Made by a program: the position numbers and the translations under genes. Positions 36,549 through 45,498 of a stretch of 64,000 nucleotides of DNA are shown one piece after another. Numbering within the stretch: the stretch's first letter is position 1; each line of letters opens with the position of its first letter. Under the pieces are notes generated by a model, which worked only from the letters and a program-made list of their open reading frames with translations, had not been told where the DNA came from and made no database searches. The stretch spans positions 2,639 through 66,638 of the forward strand of contig JAAYKU010000256.1 of the NCBI GenBank assembly GCA_012522275.1, read 5' to 3'. Source of the DNA: Smithella sp. (lineage in GTDB: Bacteria; Desulfobacterota; Syntrophia; Syntrophales; Smithellaceae).

Positions 36549-38279
36549 TTATACAAATAAACTTATCTTCCCCGCATCCGGTACGGGCATGTTTCTATTC
36601 CGGACGATAAATGAACTGTCTTGACCTGCCCCGTTCCCACTTGCGCTCTTTACTCCCCCGTGCTGAGCGCCTGAGTGCTCATGATAAAACGCCTGCTGCT
36701 GGCTGAAGCCCTGTGCATGCTGTTCATGTCGGTCTTGCATCATGACCTCGCAGCGTTCAATGACCAGCCCCTGGTTTTGCAAAGACCCTCTGAGCGATTC
36801 CATGTTAGCCGCGAGTGTCTGATGAACTTCTTTGTTTTCCGCGATCAGTAAAACCCGGACAGTTCCGTTTTGCACCATGACATCCATTTCCAGGTTGCCC
36901 AGCGAAGGCGGCGCAAGCGTGATTTTTACCCGCCCGCTTTCGTTGCCGGCAACTTCAATGAACCTGGCGGCGATGCGCTCGATTAATTGAGCCGGGGAAA
37001 TGTTTTCCTGCAGTATCTTTTGCGTCGGTGCAATTGTAGCCGTTACATTTGTCTGCTGAGTGTCTGTTCTTTCCTGCAGGGGAGCTTTGTCGGTAACAGA
37101 CGTTTTGCCTTTATTGCCGGGAAGAGTAACCTCACCGCCCGGCTTATCATGAGCATACTGCCTTTGCGGGTCGCTGATTTCAAAGACGGCTTTTTTCTCT
37201 GTCTGATGCATCGCCTCCGCCTTTGCGGATCCATACTTTATTTTCTCCGTGTCACTTTCTTCTTCCCGCCCTGCATGGAAGTGCATTGGGTGTGCCTCAG
37301 GCGATGCGGGCAGATCGTGTATGCGGAAACTATGGACCGCCCTGCCTTCTTGTGCAGTTTGTCTTTCATGAACGCTGCCGAAAGGGTGCTTCCCCGTTTC
37401 CTCAACAGAGGAGGTTGAGCGTTTACTTATTTCGTCTGACGGTATTTTTTGAGCCGGGGCGCCCTGGTTTTCTTTTTGTAGTGATGCAGTTTTCTCCATC
37501 ACATCACTTTCAATAGCTTTTTGAGTAAAGAACAGGGACTCTGAAGTTGTGTCAATTCCCAAACGGCCTTCATGCCCGCTCCGTCGTGTGTCGCCGGTTT
37601 TCACAAAATCACTTCGATGAAGCGGCTCTTTTACAAATTCCGGTTGAGTATCTTCGTCCGCAGCCGCAGCGTGCAGCCGCACCTCAGTGCCTTTTTCCGC
37701 GGCGCTTTCACCCGGCCGGTTGTTAAAAAGCTGCCACCCCTTTTGCTCTTCCCGCATCGCGTCGGCATTTACAGACGGCATATCCGCCGGGCGGCCGCCG
37801 GATGCAAGCTTTCCGGGTCTTTGTGTAAAGATATGTTCATTTTTCAAATCCCCCGTGCGGCTGTCCGTATTCTGATTAAAAACAGCTGCATCGTCTGATT
37901 CTTTCACAGGGCTGTCAGAGGTGCTGCCTTCAAGGATACGGTGGAGGTACCCGGCCGGCACGCACACGACTGATGACGCTACGGATGGAGCATGGTGCTC
38001 CTGTTTCTCTTTCATTTCATCTTTGAAAAAAGTGATGGGCTCTTCTCTGGACTGATCAAAATAGTCCGCAGCATCCTGCCCGGTCGGCCCAGGAAGCGTA
38101 CCAATATTGTGCCTGAACGCCTCAGCCAGTACACCCTCGAAATTACAGGACGGGAGCTCACCGTCGCCTTTGGTAAAATCGCAGCCCGGTTGCGCGCCGC
38201 ACAGCTCAGACAGCCACGGCAGTTCGTCCGCACCTGAGGGCAAGAGCATCCCGTTTATCAATCCTGTAGAAATTTCCAT
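36549..38279 (-). CDS. fliK: Hook-length control protein FliK
   Basis: Long low-complexity N-terminal and central region, then a C-terminal Flg_hook domain (GRVKITLAPPSLGNLEMDVMVQNGTVRVLLIAENKEVHQTLAANMESLRGSLQNQGL). It lies upstream of flgD-flgE. Confidence 0.8.
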   Translation of the reverse strand: MEISTGLINGMLLPSGADELPWLSELCGAQPGCDFTKGDGELPSCNFEGVLAEAFRHNIGTLPGPTGQDAADYFDQSREEPITFFKDEMKEKQEHHAPSVASSVVCVPAGYLHRILEGSTSDSPVKESDDAAVFNQNTDSRTGDLKNEHIFTQRPGKLASGGRPADMPSVNADAMREEQKGWQLFNNRPGESAAEKGTEVRLHAAAADEDTQPEFVKEPLHRSDFVKTGDTRRSGHEGRLGIDTTSESLFFTQKAIESDVMEKTASLQKENQGAPAQKIPSDEISKRSTSSVEETGKHPFGSVHERQTAQEGRAVHSFRIHDLPASPEAHPMHFHAGREEESDTEKIKYGSAKAEAMHQTEKKAVFEISDPQRQYAHDKPGGEVTLPGNKGKTSVTDKAPLQERTDTQQTNVTATIAPTQKILQENISPAQLIERIAARFIEVAGNESGRVKITLAPPSLGNLEMDVMVQNGTVRVLLIAENKEVHQTLAANMESLRGSLQNQGLVIERCEVMMQDRHEQHAQGFSQQQAFYHEHSGAQHGGVKSASGNGAGQDSSFIVRNRNMPVPDAGKISLFV

Positions 38280-38311
38280 GCACGCCTCTGCGTAATTTTA
38301 ATATGCTCTAG

Positions 38312-38327
38312 AGCAAGGGACGTGCCA
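38312..38327 (-). promoter_or_regulatory. Sigma-54 promoter of fliK-flgD-flgE
   Basis: The minus-strand reading TGGCAC-GTCCC-TTGCT is a perfect match, 33 nt upstream of the fliK ATG. Confidence 0.8.
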
Positions 38328-38380
38328 ATGACGCCAGACAGTTTATATCTCAATAATATTACATATATAGCTATATCACC

Positions 38381-38410
38381 ATTTTGCCGCAGCCTCTGCG
38401 GCGGGAAAAT
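38381..38410. repeat. Inverted repeat upstream of the fliK promoter (possible activator site or hairpin)
   Basis: ATTTT-GCCGCAG-cct-CTGCGGC-ggg-AAAAT, 55-80 nt upstream of the -24 element. Confidence 0.3.
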
Positions 38411-38493
38411 AGTTCCCGCTTTATAAGGTAAAATTTTTCCGGTATGGGAGGGGGTAATGGCTGCACAGTTCAGATAATACGGCTGCAGCCGGG

Positions 38494-38528
38494 CAAGAAA
38501 AAGACGGCCCTGGAGCCGTCTTTTTTTT
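38494..38528 (-). terminator. Bidirectional Rho-independent terminator ending the flgB...fliJ-motE-like unit
   Basis: Stem GACGGC (38503-08) / GCCGTC (38515-20). It is followed by TTTTTTTT on the plus strand and by TTTTTCTT on the minus strand. Confidence 0.65.
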
Positions 38529-38608
38529 CAAATGTTTTTCGGATATGTGACGAGGTTCGTGAATGACATGGGTGCGCGCCCGCTCTGCCGCCTGCGGCGT
38601 TCGAGGCG

Positions 38609-39247
38609 CTATTCGCTTTTAAAACCTCCCGCCTTGGTGATCTCTTTGGTTATCTCCACCGCCTTGGCCGGTGTGAGATAGGCCCACAGGGCGCCGGCCT
38701 TGTCTTTTTTCATATTCATGGTGATACCGGCCGCTGTTTTGGTGTCGAGCTTTTCCATCATGGGACCGGCTTTCGCCGGAGGCGTGCTTTCATAGACTTT
38801 GGCCATTTCTTTAAATCTTTTGATATTATCCTCGCGCACTTTGTCGAGCTCGGCGGCAAGCCTGTCCTCCTGCGCTTTTAAGATGGTCATCTTTTCGACT
38901 ATTTCTCTGCGCAGCGATAAAAGCCTCTCCTCTTCGGCGCGCAAAAGGTTTTCACGCTCGTCGAGTTCCGTCTTTTTTGACGCGAGCGCCGTAGCCAGAT
39001 CTCTTTGCTCGGCGAGAATGTCCCTAAGAGCGTCTTTCGGTGGCACGGGCAATTCGTCGGCGGCCTGGGCCTCCTGAGTCTGTGCCGCCTGCGTGTCGGG
39101 TGCTTGAGACTGCGCCTGCGCCGGCCTGACGATGGATGCGCCGGAGGTAAAAATATCGCCCTTCCCGAATATTCCGGAGACGGCCGCTACTTTCACCACA
39201 ATGAAAACAGCCACCAGTATCTGTACAGTGATGATTATTTTTTTCAT
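38609..39247 (-). CDS. Membrane-anchored flagellar-locus protein with an MgtE_N/MotE-like C-terminal domain (YlxF position)
   Basis: N-terminal TM segment, a coiled coil, and the C-terminus YESTPPAKAGPMMEKLDTKTAAGITMNMKKDKAGALWAYLTPAKAVEITKEI. It lies between fliJ and fliK. Confidence 0.5.
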   Translation of the reverse strand: MKKIIITVQILVAVFIVVKVAAVSGIFGKGDIFTSGASIVRPAQAQSQAPDTQAAQTQEAQAADELPVPPKDALRDILAEQRDLATALASKKTELDERENLLRAEEERLLSLRREIVEKMTILKAQEDRLAAELDKVREDNIKRFKEMAKVYESTPPAKAGPMMEKLDTKTAAGITMNMKKDKAGALWAYLTPAKAVEITKEITKAGGFKSE

Positions 39248-39684
39248 TTCACTCTCCTGCCGAATTTCAGAACGGACATCTCATCTGAATTTTTCTGCTC
39301 GGTTTCATTGAAGTCTTTAATGTAGTCCTGTTCGTGCCTGTCCTTCAAGTTTTCCATTACTTTTCTGTTTTTGACCGCTTCGACCAGGTATTTTCTCTTT
39401 TCCTCCACCGCTTCGCCGGTCTGCCGGATTACCTCTTCTTGCTGTTTTTCTCTTTCATGCAGATGCTCCACATAAGCGAGGATGGAGGCGATATCATCCG
39501 CTTTTATTGTCGCGCTGCGCATATTGCGCAAATCGGCAACTCTGCTCTCCCTTTCACTGACAAGCGCCTCCAGTAATGCCTTTTGCTCGTCGAGCTTACG
39601 CTTGAGTTCCGAAAATTCATTGAGAATTTTTTCCTCAATGTTCAGACGGTAATCGAGCACGGACTGGAGCTTGAATTTGAACAT
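39244..39684 (-). CDS. fliJ: Flagellar export chaperone/stalk protein FliJ
   Basis: 146-aa coiled coil starting MFKFKLQSVLDYR, immediately after fliI. Confidence 0.8.
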   Translation of the reverse strand: MFKFKLQSVLDYRLNIEEKILNEFSELKRKLDEQKALLEALVSERESRVADLRNMRSATIKADDIASILAYVEHLHEREKQQEEVIRQTGEAVEEKRKYLVEAVKNRKVMENLKDRHEQDYIKDFNETEQKNSDEMSVLKFGRRVK

Positions 39685-39689
39685 GGCCC

Positions 39690-41015
39690 TTATTCGTCAA
39701 ACAATGCCAGCAACTGTTGTTTTGCCTGCGTGAAATCAATTTTCTCGCCGATATCCTGGCGCAGATACTCATTGACCTTGTCCACCATTCTGATGGCGTA
39801 ATCTATCGAAGGGTTGGACCCTTTTACGTAGGCGCCGATATTGATGATATCTTCCGCTTTTTTATGTGTGGCAAGGATGTTCATCAGGTCGTTGGCCTTT
39901 GTCTTATGCTGCGCATCAACAATATCGATCATCACGCGGCTGATGCTTTGCAAAATGTCTATGGCCGGATAATGATTTTTGTTCGCCAGCGCACGCGACA
40001 GCGATATATGGCCGTCGAGAATGGAGCGCGCCGCGTCGGATATCGGCTCGTTGAAATCATCCCCCTCCACCAGAATTGTGTACAAGCCGGTGATGCTGCC
40101 CACCCCTTCGACGATGCCCGATCTTTCCAGAAGCTTCGGCAGTAGGCTGAATACCGACGGTGTATAGCCTTTTGTTGTCGGCGGCTCGCCCACGGAAAGC
40201 CCTACCTCCCTTTGCGCCATCGCGAAGCGCGTGAGAGAATCGACCATTAAAAGTACGTCATTCCCCTGGTCGCGAAAATACTCCGACACGGCCGTGGCCA
40301 CGTATGCAGCCCTCATGCGGATCAGCGGATGCATATCCGATGCTGCGACGACAACCACAGACCTGGCCAGCCCCTCTTCACCAAGATTTTTTTCCAGAAA
40401 CTCCCGCACTTCCCTGCCGCGTTCACCGATGAGCCCGATGACATTGACATCGGCCTTTGTATTGCGCGCAATCATGCCCATCAGAACGCTTTTGCCCACG
40501 CCGGAACCGGCGAAAATACCCATCCGCTGCCCCTTGCCGCAGGTAAGAAGACCGTTTAAGGCGCGGATACCCAGATCCATGGGGGCCTCGATCCTGCCGC
40601 GGTCGAGAGGGTTGATCGGTTCGGCATAAATCGGGTATTCATCTTCCAAATAGATCGGCCCCTTGTTGTCGATGGGATTTCCCAGGCCGTTGATCACCCG
40701 CCCCAGAAGCCCTTTGCCTACACCGATGCCGGCCTTGTGCCCCATGGAAATGATTTTACACCCGGGCCCCAGCCCCTGGATGCTCTCCAGCGGCATCAGC
40801 AGAACCCGGCCGTTTTTGAAACCGACTACTTCCGCTTCCACCGGCACATCGCTTTTTACCGGCACGATGCCACAGACTTCTCCAATCGACGCGGCCGGGC
40901 CGTTTCCCTGCACCATCAGACCGATTATTTCCGTAACTTTGCCATTGACGCAGATCGGATTTATGCGCTTCAAAATGGCCTCGTAGCGTGACAGATTGAC
41001 GGCCGCTTCACTCAT
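39690..41015 (-). CDS. fliI: Flagellum-specific ATPase FliI
   Basis: Walker A GSGVGKS and Walker B LLMVDSLTR, with F1-beta-like architecture. Confidence 0.95.
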   Translation of the reverse strand: MSEAAVNLSRYEAILKRINPICVNGKVTEIIGLMVQGNGPAASIGEVCGIVPVKSDVPVEAEVVGFKNGRVLLMPLESIQGLGPGCKIISMGHKAGIGVGKGLLGRVINGLGNPIDNKGPIYLEDEYPIYAEPINPLDRGRIEAPMDLGIRALNGLLTCGKGQRMGIFAGSGVGKSVLMGMIARNTKADVNVIGLIGERGREVREFLEKNLGEEGLARSVVVVAASDMHPLIRMRAAYVATAVSEYFRDQGNDVLLMVDSLTRFAMAQREVGLSVGEPPTTKGYTPSVFSLLPKLLERSGIVEGVGSITGLYTILVEGDDFNEPISDAARSILDGHISLSRALANKNHYPAIDILQSISRVMIDIVDAQHKTKANDLMNILATHKKAEDIINIGAYVKGSNPSIDYAIRMVDKVNEYLRQDIGEKIDFTQAKQQLLALFDE

Positions 41016-41032
41016 CTTGCATCCTTTCCGAG

Positions 41033-41713
41033 CTACTGCTTCGTCGGCAGCATAGCCGCCTTGATTTCCTTGAGCTGGGTTTCCAGTCGGGCATCAACCT
41101 CCCCGAACATGGTTTCCACAACGACACCGCCTCTTTGCACGGAGGAGTCCTCCTCGAAGACCAAATTACGTATGCCGTCAAAGGACTGAAGAAAATCTTT
41201 TTTGACTTCCATCATATAACGAAAATCCTGCGGGTGAAGGTGGACTTTTATTCCTTCCGTGTCATTGATGTTTTTCAAAGCTCCCTGGAGAACACCTGCC
41301 ATGACATCTTTACGGGTAGCCACCTCCTGCAGAAGAATTTTTTCAGCAATAGCAAAGGCGAGCTGCACCATCTGCTGTTCACCCTTTTCCAGGATATCTT
41401 TTTTTATCTGAGGTATTGTTTTTGCCACGGCGGAGAGCACTTCCAGTTTCGCCGCAATATCTCTGCTTTGTGCTTTGAGTCCGTCGGCATGGCCTTTTTG
41501 ATAAGCATCCTGTTCACGCTTGTTGATCTGACTCTGAGTGAGTTGAATCACTTTTTCGCCGGCGGCCTTGCTGTCGTCCGCAGCTCTTCCGGGAGCCCGT
41601 CCGGCTCGGCCTGCAGCCGGCGGAGCTTTTCCGGCGACACCGGAAAGAGGCACGCTCTTTCCCGAGTCTATAATCTGCCCCGCCTTGATCACATTTCTTT
41701 TATACGAATCCAT
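41033..41713 (-). CDS. fliH: Flagellar assembly protein FliH
   Basis: FliH/YscL-type C-terminal half (QMVQLAFAIAEKILLQE...IKVHLHPQDFRYM...GGVVVETMFGEVDARLETQL). The start is set at ATG 41713 (MDSYK), overlapping the fliG end. The ORF-track start of 41902 would lie deep inside fliG. Confidence 0.8.
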   Translation of the reverse strand: MDSYKRNVIKAGQIIDSGKSVPLSGVAGKAPPAAGRAGRAPGRAADDSKAAGEKVIQLTQSQINKREQDAYQKGHADGLKAQSRDIAAKLEVLSAVAKTIPQIKKDILEKGEQQMVQLAFAIAEKILLQEVATRKDVMAGVLQGALKNINDTEGIKVHLHPQDFRYMMEVKKDFLQSFDGIRNLVFEEDSSVQRGGVVVETMFGEVDARLETQLKEIKAAMLPTKQ

Positions 41714-42692
41714 CCTTCTCATCACCACGCAAAATGACGATTCTGCCTTCCGACTCGAGTCTTTTCGTTGTATCGACAATCTTTCTCTGACTTGCTTCCA
41801 CTTCTGAAATCCGAATCGGCGGCATAAGGGAAATTTCTTCCCTGAGCATCTCCGCGCCGCGTCTGGACATGTTTTTGTAGATTTTCTCGCGCTGGCCCTC
41901 ATCGACCATTTTCAGCGCACGGGCGAGGTCCTCCGCACTGACATCCTTCATCAGCTCCTGCAGAGACTTGTCGTCGAGCTTGAGGACATCGTCGAAGCTG
42001 AACATGAAATTGCGGATCTGCGCGGCAAGCTCCGGATCCGAGTCTTCCAGTGAGGTCATAATACCGCTTTCCGTCGCGCGGTTCATCCGGTTGAGAATAT
42101 CCGCCATAACCTGGACACCGCCCATCTGCAGATCAGTGGAGTTCCCGGTGATGAGCTCCTTTTCCAGCGTTTTGGCCACTTCCTCGATAAACTCGCGCGG
42201 TACGCTTTTGAGCGTGGCCATTCTCTTGGTGATTTCATACTGTATCGCCGGTGAAAAATGTTCCAGTACTTCCGCCGCCTTTTCCGGCTTGAGATGAACG
42301 AGAATCAGAGCAATGGTCTGAGGATGCTCCGTGCGGGTGAATTCCGCCAGTACTTTGGAGTCGATTTCATGCAGCCGGTCGATAATCGGGTTGTCAAACG
42401 CTGCAACTCCGACCTCATTGATAATCGTCTCCGCATCTTTTTCGCCCAGCGCCTTGACCATCAATGATTTCGGCGCTCCGTCGCGAACGACGATCGTGCC
42501 GCCTTTTTCTTTGGCCATCGTGCAAAATTCAGCGGCTACGGAATTTACCGTCTCTGCAGGAATATTCGACACGCGGCCCATTTCTCTTCCCAGACGCCTG
42601 ATTTCCGACGCCGTCAGATTTTTCATCACCGCGGCCGCGAGATCCTCATCCAGCGATAAAAGCAGTATCGCGGCTTTTTCTTCCCCGGTCAT
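41700..42692 (-). CDS. fliG: Rotor/switch protein FliG
   Basis: MTGEEKAAILLLSLDEDLAAAVMKNL at the N-terminus, and a C-terminal torque-helix region RGAEMLREEI... Confidence 0.95.
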   Translation of the reverse strand: MTGEEKAAILLLSLDEDLAAAVMKNLTASEIRRLGREMGRVSNIPAETVNSVAAEFCTMAKEKGGTIVVRDGAPKSLMVKALGEKDAETIINEVGVAAFDNPIIDRLHEIDSKVLAEFTRTEHPQTIALILVHLKPEKAAEVLEHFSPAIQYEITKRMATLKSVPREFIEEVAKTLEKELITGNSTDLQMGGVQVMADILNRMNRATESGIMTSLEDSDPELAAQIRNFMFSFDDVLKLDDKSLQELMKDVSAEDLARALKMVDEGQREKIYKNMSRRGAEMLREEISLMPPIRISEVEASQRKIVDTTKRLESEGRIVILRGDEKDGFV

Positions 42693-42733
42693 TGCTACCT
42701 CAATCCTTAAAAATGATTTTATGCCCCCGCCGC

Positions 42734-44272
42734 TTACTTGATCCAGTTTCTCAGTATATCGGCAAACTGCTTGGCATCCGCTTTGGCCAGTTCTTTGGCG
42801 ATCTCGGTGTCGCTCATCCGGCGCTGGGCCTCAGCCTGACGAAGCGCATCCACGGCCGCCTGCGCGGCATAGTCGGCCGGCGCGACTCCCGCAGGAGCGC
42901 TCTGCCGGACCGGGCCGGGCCTTACACCGGAGGCCACGCTTTTGAGCAGGGGACGAAGAACAAATATCACAATAAAACCGATAAGTGCAAAAATGCCTAT
43001 ATATTTCAGTACAGGAGAAAAGGTTTCAATGTTTTCCTTTAAAGAAGCGGGCTCCGCCTCTTCCACACCGGCTTTCCTGAAAGGCATATTGGTAACCACA
43101 ACCTGGTCGCCCCTTTGCAAGTTGATACCGGCCGATTTTTTCACCAGATCCTCCAGGGCTTCAATCTCGTTTTTGGCCAGCGCCTCATAGACTTCTTCGT
43201 TTTTTTCATTCTTCTTGTATCTACCGTCCACCAGCACGGCAATCGAGAGTTTTTTCGTCTCTCCGACCGGCATGACGGTTTTGCTGACTACCTTGTTGAT
43301 TTCGTAATTGATAATTTCGTCAATTCTTTCTTTTTTGGGATTGTCCGAAACTGCGCCGGCGGCGCTGACCGCGTTTTCCACTTCAGAATTTTTCTGCGTG
43401 CTTCTGACCACCTGTGCTTCCGGATCGTAGCTCTCTTCTGTCTTTTCCATGACACGGAAATCCAGCTCCGCCGTAACACGAACGGCCGCCTTTCCCTGAC
43501 CGACAACATTTTCCAGCATGGTCTGAATGCGCGCCGCCAAATCTTTTTCCATATTTCTCTGAAAGTCGATCTGCTGTGCGGTCAGCTTCGAGAGTTTGCC
43601 TTCGCTTTGCCTGCTGGAAAGGATCGTCCCACGTGAATCCACCACCATGACATCCTCCGGGTTCATCCCTTCGATGGAGCTGGCCACCAGATTGACGATG
43701 CCTTCGATCTGTGCGGGGCGCAGACTTTTTCCGGATTTCAGCCGCAGCGTTACGGACGCGGTTGCCTTTTTCTGCTGCTCGGTAAAAAGAGAATCCTTGG
43801 GAAGCGCGATATGCACACGGCTGGACTGAATTTCATCAAGCCCGTTTATTGTCCGGGCCAACTCGCCTTGCAGGGCACGGCGATAGTTGAGCTGTTGCTC
43901 GAACTCTGTCGCCCCCAGCGTCTTGTTGTCAAATATCTCAAACCCCACGCCGCCTCCCTGTGGCAGGCCCGCGGCGGCAAGCTCCAGGCGCAGCTCGGAT
44001 ACCTTGTCTGAAGGCACGGAAACAGCAGTGCCGGATGCGGAAAGCTTGTAGGAGATTTTCCTTTCATTCAGTTTACCGATAATGTTGCCCGCGTCTTCCT
44101 GGGAAAGATTGGAAAATAAAACGCGGTATTCCGCCTGGGTCGTCAAATACACCAGAAGAAAGATGCTCGCCGCCGTCAGAAGCAAAACGAAGATGACGGA
44201 TATTTTTTTGCCGGAGCTGAGCGCCTCAAAACCGCCCCAGAGCTTGTTGAAGTACTGTATGATCGAATCCAT
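42734..44272 (-). CDS. fliF: MS-ring protein FliF
   Basis: 512 aa with an N-terminal TM segment, the YscJ/FliF ring-building motifs and a C-terminal TM segment. Confidence 0.95.
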   Translation of the reverse strand: MDSIIQYFNKLWGGFEALSSGKKISVIFVLLLTAASIFLLVYLTTQAEYRVLFSNLSQEDAGNIIGKLNERKISYKLSASGTAVSVPSDKVSELRLELAAAGLPQGGGVGFEIFDNKTLGATEFEQQLNYRRALQGELARTINGLDEIQSSRVHIALPKDSLFTEQQKKATASVTLRLKSGKSLRPAQIEGIVNLVASSIEGMNPEDVMVVDSRGTILSSRQSEGKLSKLTAQQIDFQRNMEKDLAARIQTMLENVVGQGKAAVRVTAELDFRVMEKTEESYDPEAQVVRSTQKNSEVENAVSAAGAVSDNPKKERIDEIINYEINKVVSKTVMPVGETKKLSIAVLVDGRYKKNEKNEEVYEALAKNEIEALEDLVKKSAGINLQRGDQVVVTNMPFRKAGVEEAEPASLKENIETFSPVLKYIGIFALIGFIVIFVLRPLLKSVASGVRPGPVRQSAPAGVAPADYAAQAAVDALRQAEAQRRMSDTEIAKELAKADAKQFADILRNWIK

Positions 44273-44297
44273 TAATTTATCCCGTCAAAAGGGGTTG

Positions 44298-44615
44298 CTA
44301 CACCTGCATGCGCATGACTTCCTGATAGGCATCAAGAATCTTGTTGCGCACCTGCATCATTACCTGAAAGGAAATTCCCGCCTTTTCCAGGGCGATCATC
44401 GCCTCATGGATGGAGCCCGCGTCTTCGAGCTGGACATTGGCAATGGCTTTGTCCGCATCGTTTTGCAGGCTGTTGATGTCCATAATGGTGTTTTTGAGCA
44501 CGCTGCCGAAAGAAACCCCGCCGGGCGCTTTGTCCCCTTCGGCTTTTTGCGGCTCTATAGCGCCCAGCGGTTTTAGCCTTTCAATGGAGCTTCGTACCAT
44601 CAAGTCGTCCGTCAT
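44298..44615 (-). CDS. fliE: Hook-basal body complex protein FliE
   Basis: 105 aa; the C-terminus HEAMIALEKAGISFQVMMQVRNKILDAYQEVMRMQV is typical FliE. Confidence 0.9.
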   Translation of the reverse strand: MTDDLMVRSSIERLKPLGAIEPQKAEGDKAPGGVSFGSVLKNTIMDINSLQNDADKAIANVQLEDAGSIHEAMIALEKAGISFQVMMQVRNKILDAYQEVMRMQV

Positions 44616-44641
44616 ATCTTTGACTCCTTACCTGTTTGAGG

Positions 44642-45067
44642 TTATTTGCCTATGTCGATCGCCTTGAGCGCCATGTTTTTGATGGCGTCAAATGCCGTGG
44701 CGTTTGCCTCGTAAGCACGCGAGGCGGTAATCAGCTCGGTCATCTCGAGCATCAGGTTGACGTTGGGCATGGTCACAAAACCGTCTGCATCCGCATCCGG
44801 GTGTGACGGGTCGAAAACCTTTTTAAAATCGTCAGTTGCCTCGGCCACCTGCCCGACCTTGACCGCGTTGACCGCGTCTTTGAGCTGGCGGTCGAACCCT
44901 GTTTTCAGCGGGTCGGCCGCAAATGAAATCACTTTTCTTTTATAGGGGCCGCCTTCGGGCGTACTTGTTGTGGAGGCATTGGCGATATTGCCGGTGATGA
45001 CGTCCATTTTTTTGCGCTGCGCCGCCAGCCCGCTTCCCGTAATTTTAAAAGCCGTAAAAAAATCCAT
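44642..45067 (-). CDS. flgC: Proximal rod protein FlgC
   Basis: MDFFTAFKITGSGLAAQRKKMDVITGNIANASTT at the N-terminus and MLEMTELITASRAYEANATAFDAIKNMALKA at the C-terminus. Confidence 0.95.
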   Translation of the reverse strand: MDFFTAFKITGSGLAAQRKKMDVITGNIANASTTSTPEGGPYKRKVISFAADPLKTGFDRQLKDAVNAVKVGQVAEATDDFKKVFDPSHPDADADGFVTMPNVNLMLEMTELITASRAYEANATAFDAIKNMALKAIDIGK

Positions 45068-45447
45068 TATTTCGCCTCATCGAGCACATTGCGGATAGCC
45101 TTGAATTTACGTGAGATTATTTCCGCGGTTAAATTATACATTAAATGATTCTCCGACAGATTGGCCATTTCCGTATCGAGATCCACCTTTTCATCCGATG
45201 TCACTTTTTTGAAGTCGTTTCTGGAAATTTCGTCCGGCGCATTGGGAAAATGTTTCTCGTCGGTTCTGGTCAGATTGACTCTGATGTCCATCGCCTTTTT
45301 CAGGTCATCTTTGAAAACATAATCCGCGGCCTTGTAGCCTGGCGTGTCTAAGTTGGCAATATTAGAGGATATAACCTTGTTGCGCTCGGACCGGTAATCC
45401 ATCATCGTGGCCAGCAGGTTAAATGTCTTTCCGAATAACGGCTCCAT
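45067..45447 (-). CDS. flgB: Proximal rod protein FlgB
   Basis: YRSERNKVISSNIANLDTPGYKA. The ATG at 45447 is preceded by AAGGAGAGG and lies downstream of the sigma-54 promoter. The ORF-track start of 45465 sits only 7 nt from the -12 element. Confidence 0.9.
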   Translation of the reverse strand: MEPLFGKTFNLLATMMDYRSERNKVISSNIANLDTPGYKAADYVFKDDLKKAMDIRVNLTRTDEKHFPNAPDEISRNDFKKVTSDEKVDLDTEMANLSENHLMYNLTAEIISRKFKAIRNVLDEAK

Positions 45448-45471
45448 ATCCTCTCCTTTAGCCATTTAACT

Positions 45472-45487
45472 AGCAAATCATGTACCA
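45472..45487 (-). promoter_or_regulatory. Sigma-54 promoter of the flgB-flgC-fliE-fliF-fliG-fliH-fliI-fliJ unit
   Basis: The minus-strand reading is TGGTAC-ATGAT-TTGCT. It is embedded in an 11-bp perfect inverted repeat (45472-45496). Confidence 0.7.
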
Positions 45488-45498
45488 TGATTTGCTTT

